A DNA stretch of 64,000 nt from the NCBI RefSeq assembly GCF_035594765.1, contig NC_085846.1, positions 28,011,190 through 28,075,189 on the forward strand, written 5' to 3'. Source of the DNA: Anolis carolinensis. Its lineage: Eukaryota. Shown here piece by piece: positions 64,000 through 64,000 of the stretch. Under the pieces are notes generated by a model. The model had not been told where the DNA came from, did not search any database, and saw only the letters and a program-made list of their open reading frames with translations. Within the stretch, counting starts at the first letter, position 1, and each line of letters opens with the position of its first letter. Both the position numbers and the translations under genes were made by a program.

Positions 64000-64000
64000 A

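Overview
Eukaryotic, repeat-rich squamate DNA, most likely an Anolis lizard (inferred from Sauria SINEs, Neptune-type Penelope elements and SPIN-like hAT MITEs). The window holds the 5' part of one minus-strand gene, TBKBP1 (SINTBAD, TBK1-binding protein 1). It has a CpG-island first exon ending at a CAG|GTGAGT donor (62933), a ~29 kb first intron, and six phase-consistent GT-AG coding exons (33642-33421, 32257-32135, 26560-26456, 23076-22935, 20718-20522, 17371-17310; 283 codons + 2 nt). A >=17 kb intron then runs off the left edge, and I could not find the TBK1-binding-domain or C-terminal exons in the window. The rest is mostly transposon-derived: about 27 Harbinger-type MITEs or fragments, Sauria and other SINEs, Penelope fragments with minimal hammerhead ribozyme motifs, RTE, CR1, Vingi-like, L1 and RTE-X LINE fragments, hAT and Tc1/mariner MITEs, a non-autonomous Helitron, a solo LTR and a higher-order G-rich satellite beside the promoter. 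Most supplied ORFs are spurious. No CRISPR, rRNA, true tRNA gene or prokaryotic system is present, and I found no clearly new multi-gene system. The best novel candidates are splicing and translation features of TBKBP1: a frame-compatible 14-nt microexon that may be mutually exclusive, and a 4-nt tandem acceptor toggling between a uORF and an N-terminal extension. All family assignments are from recognition, not database searches.
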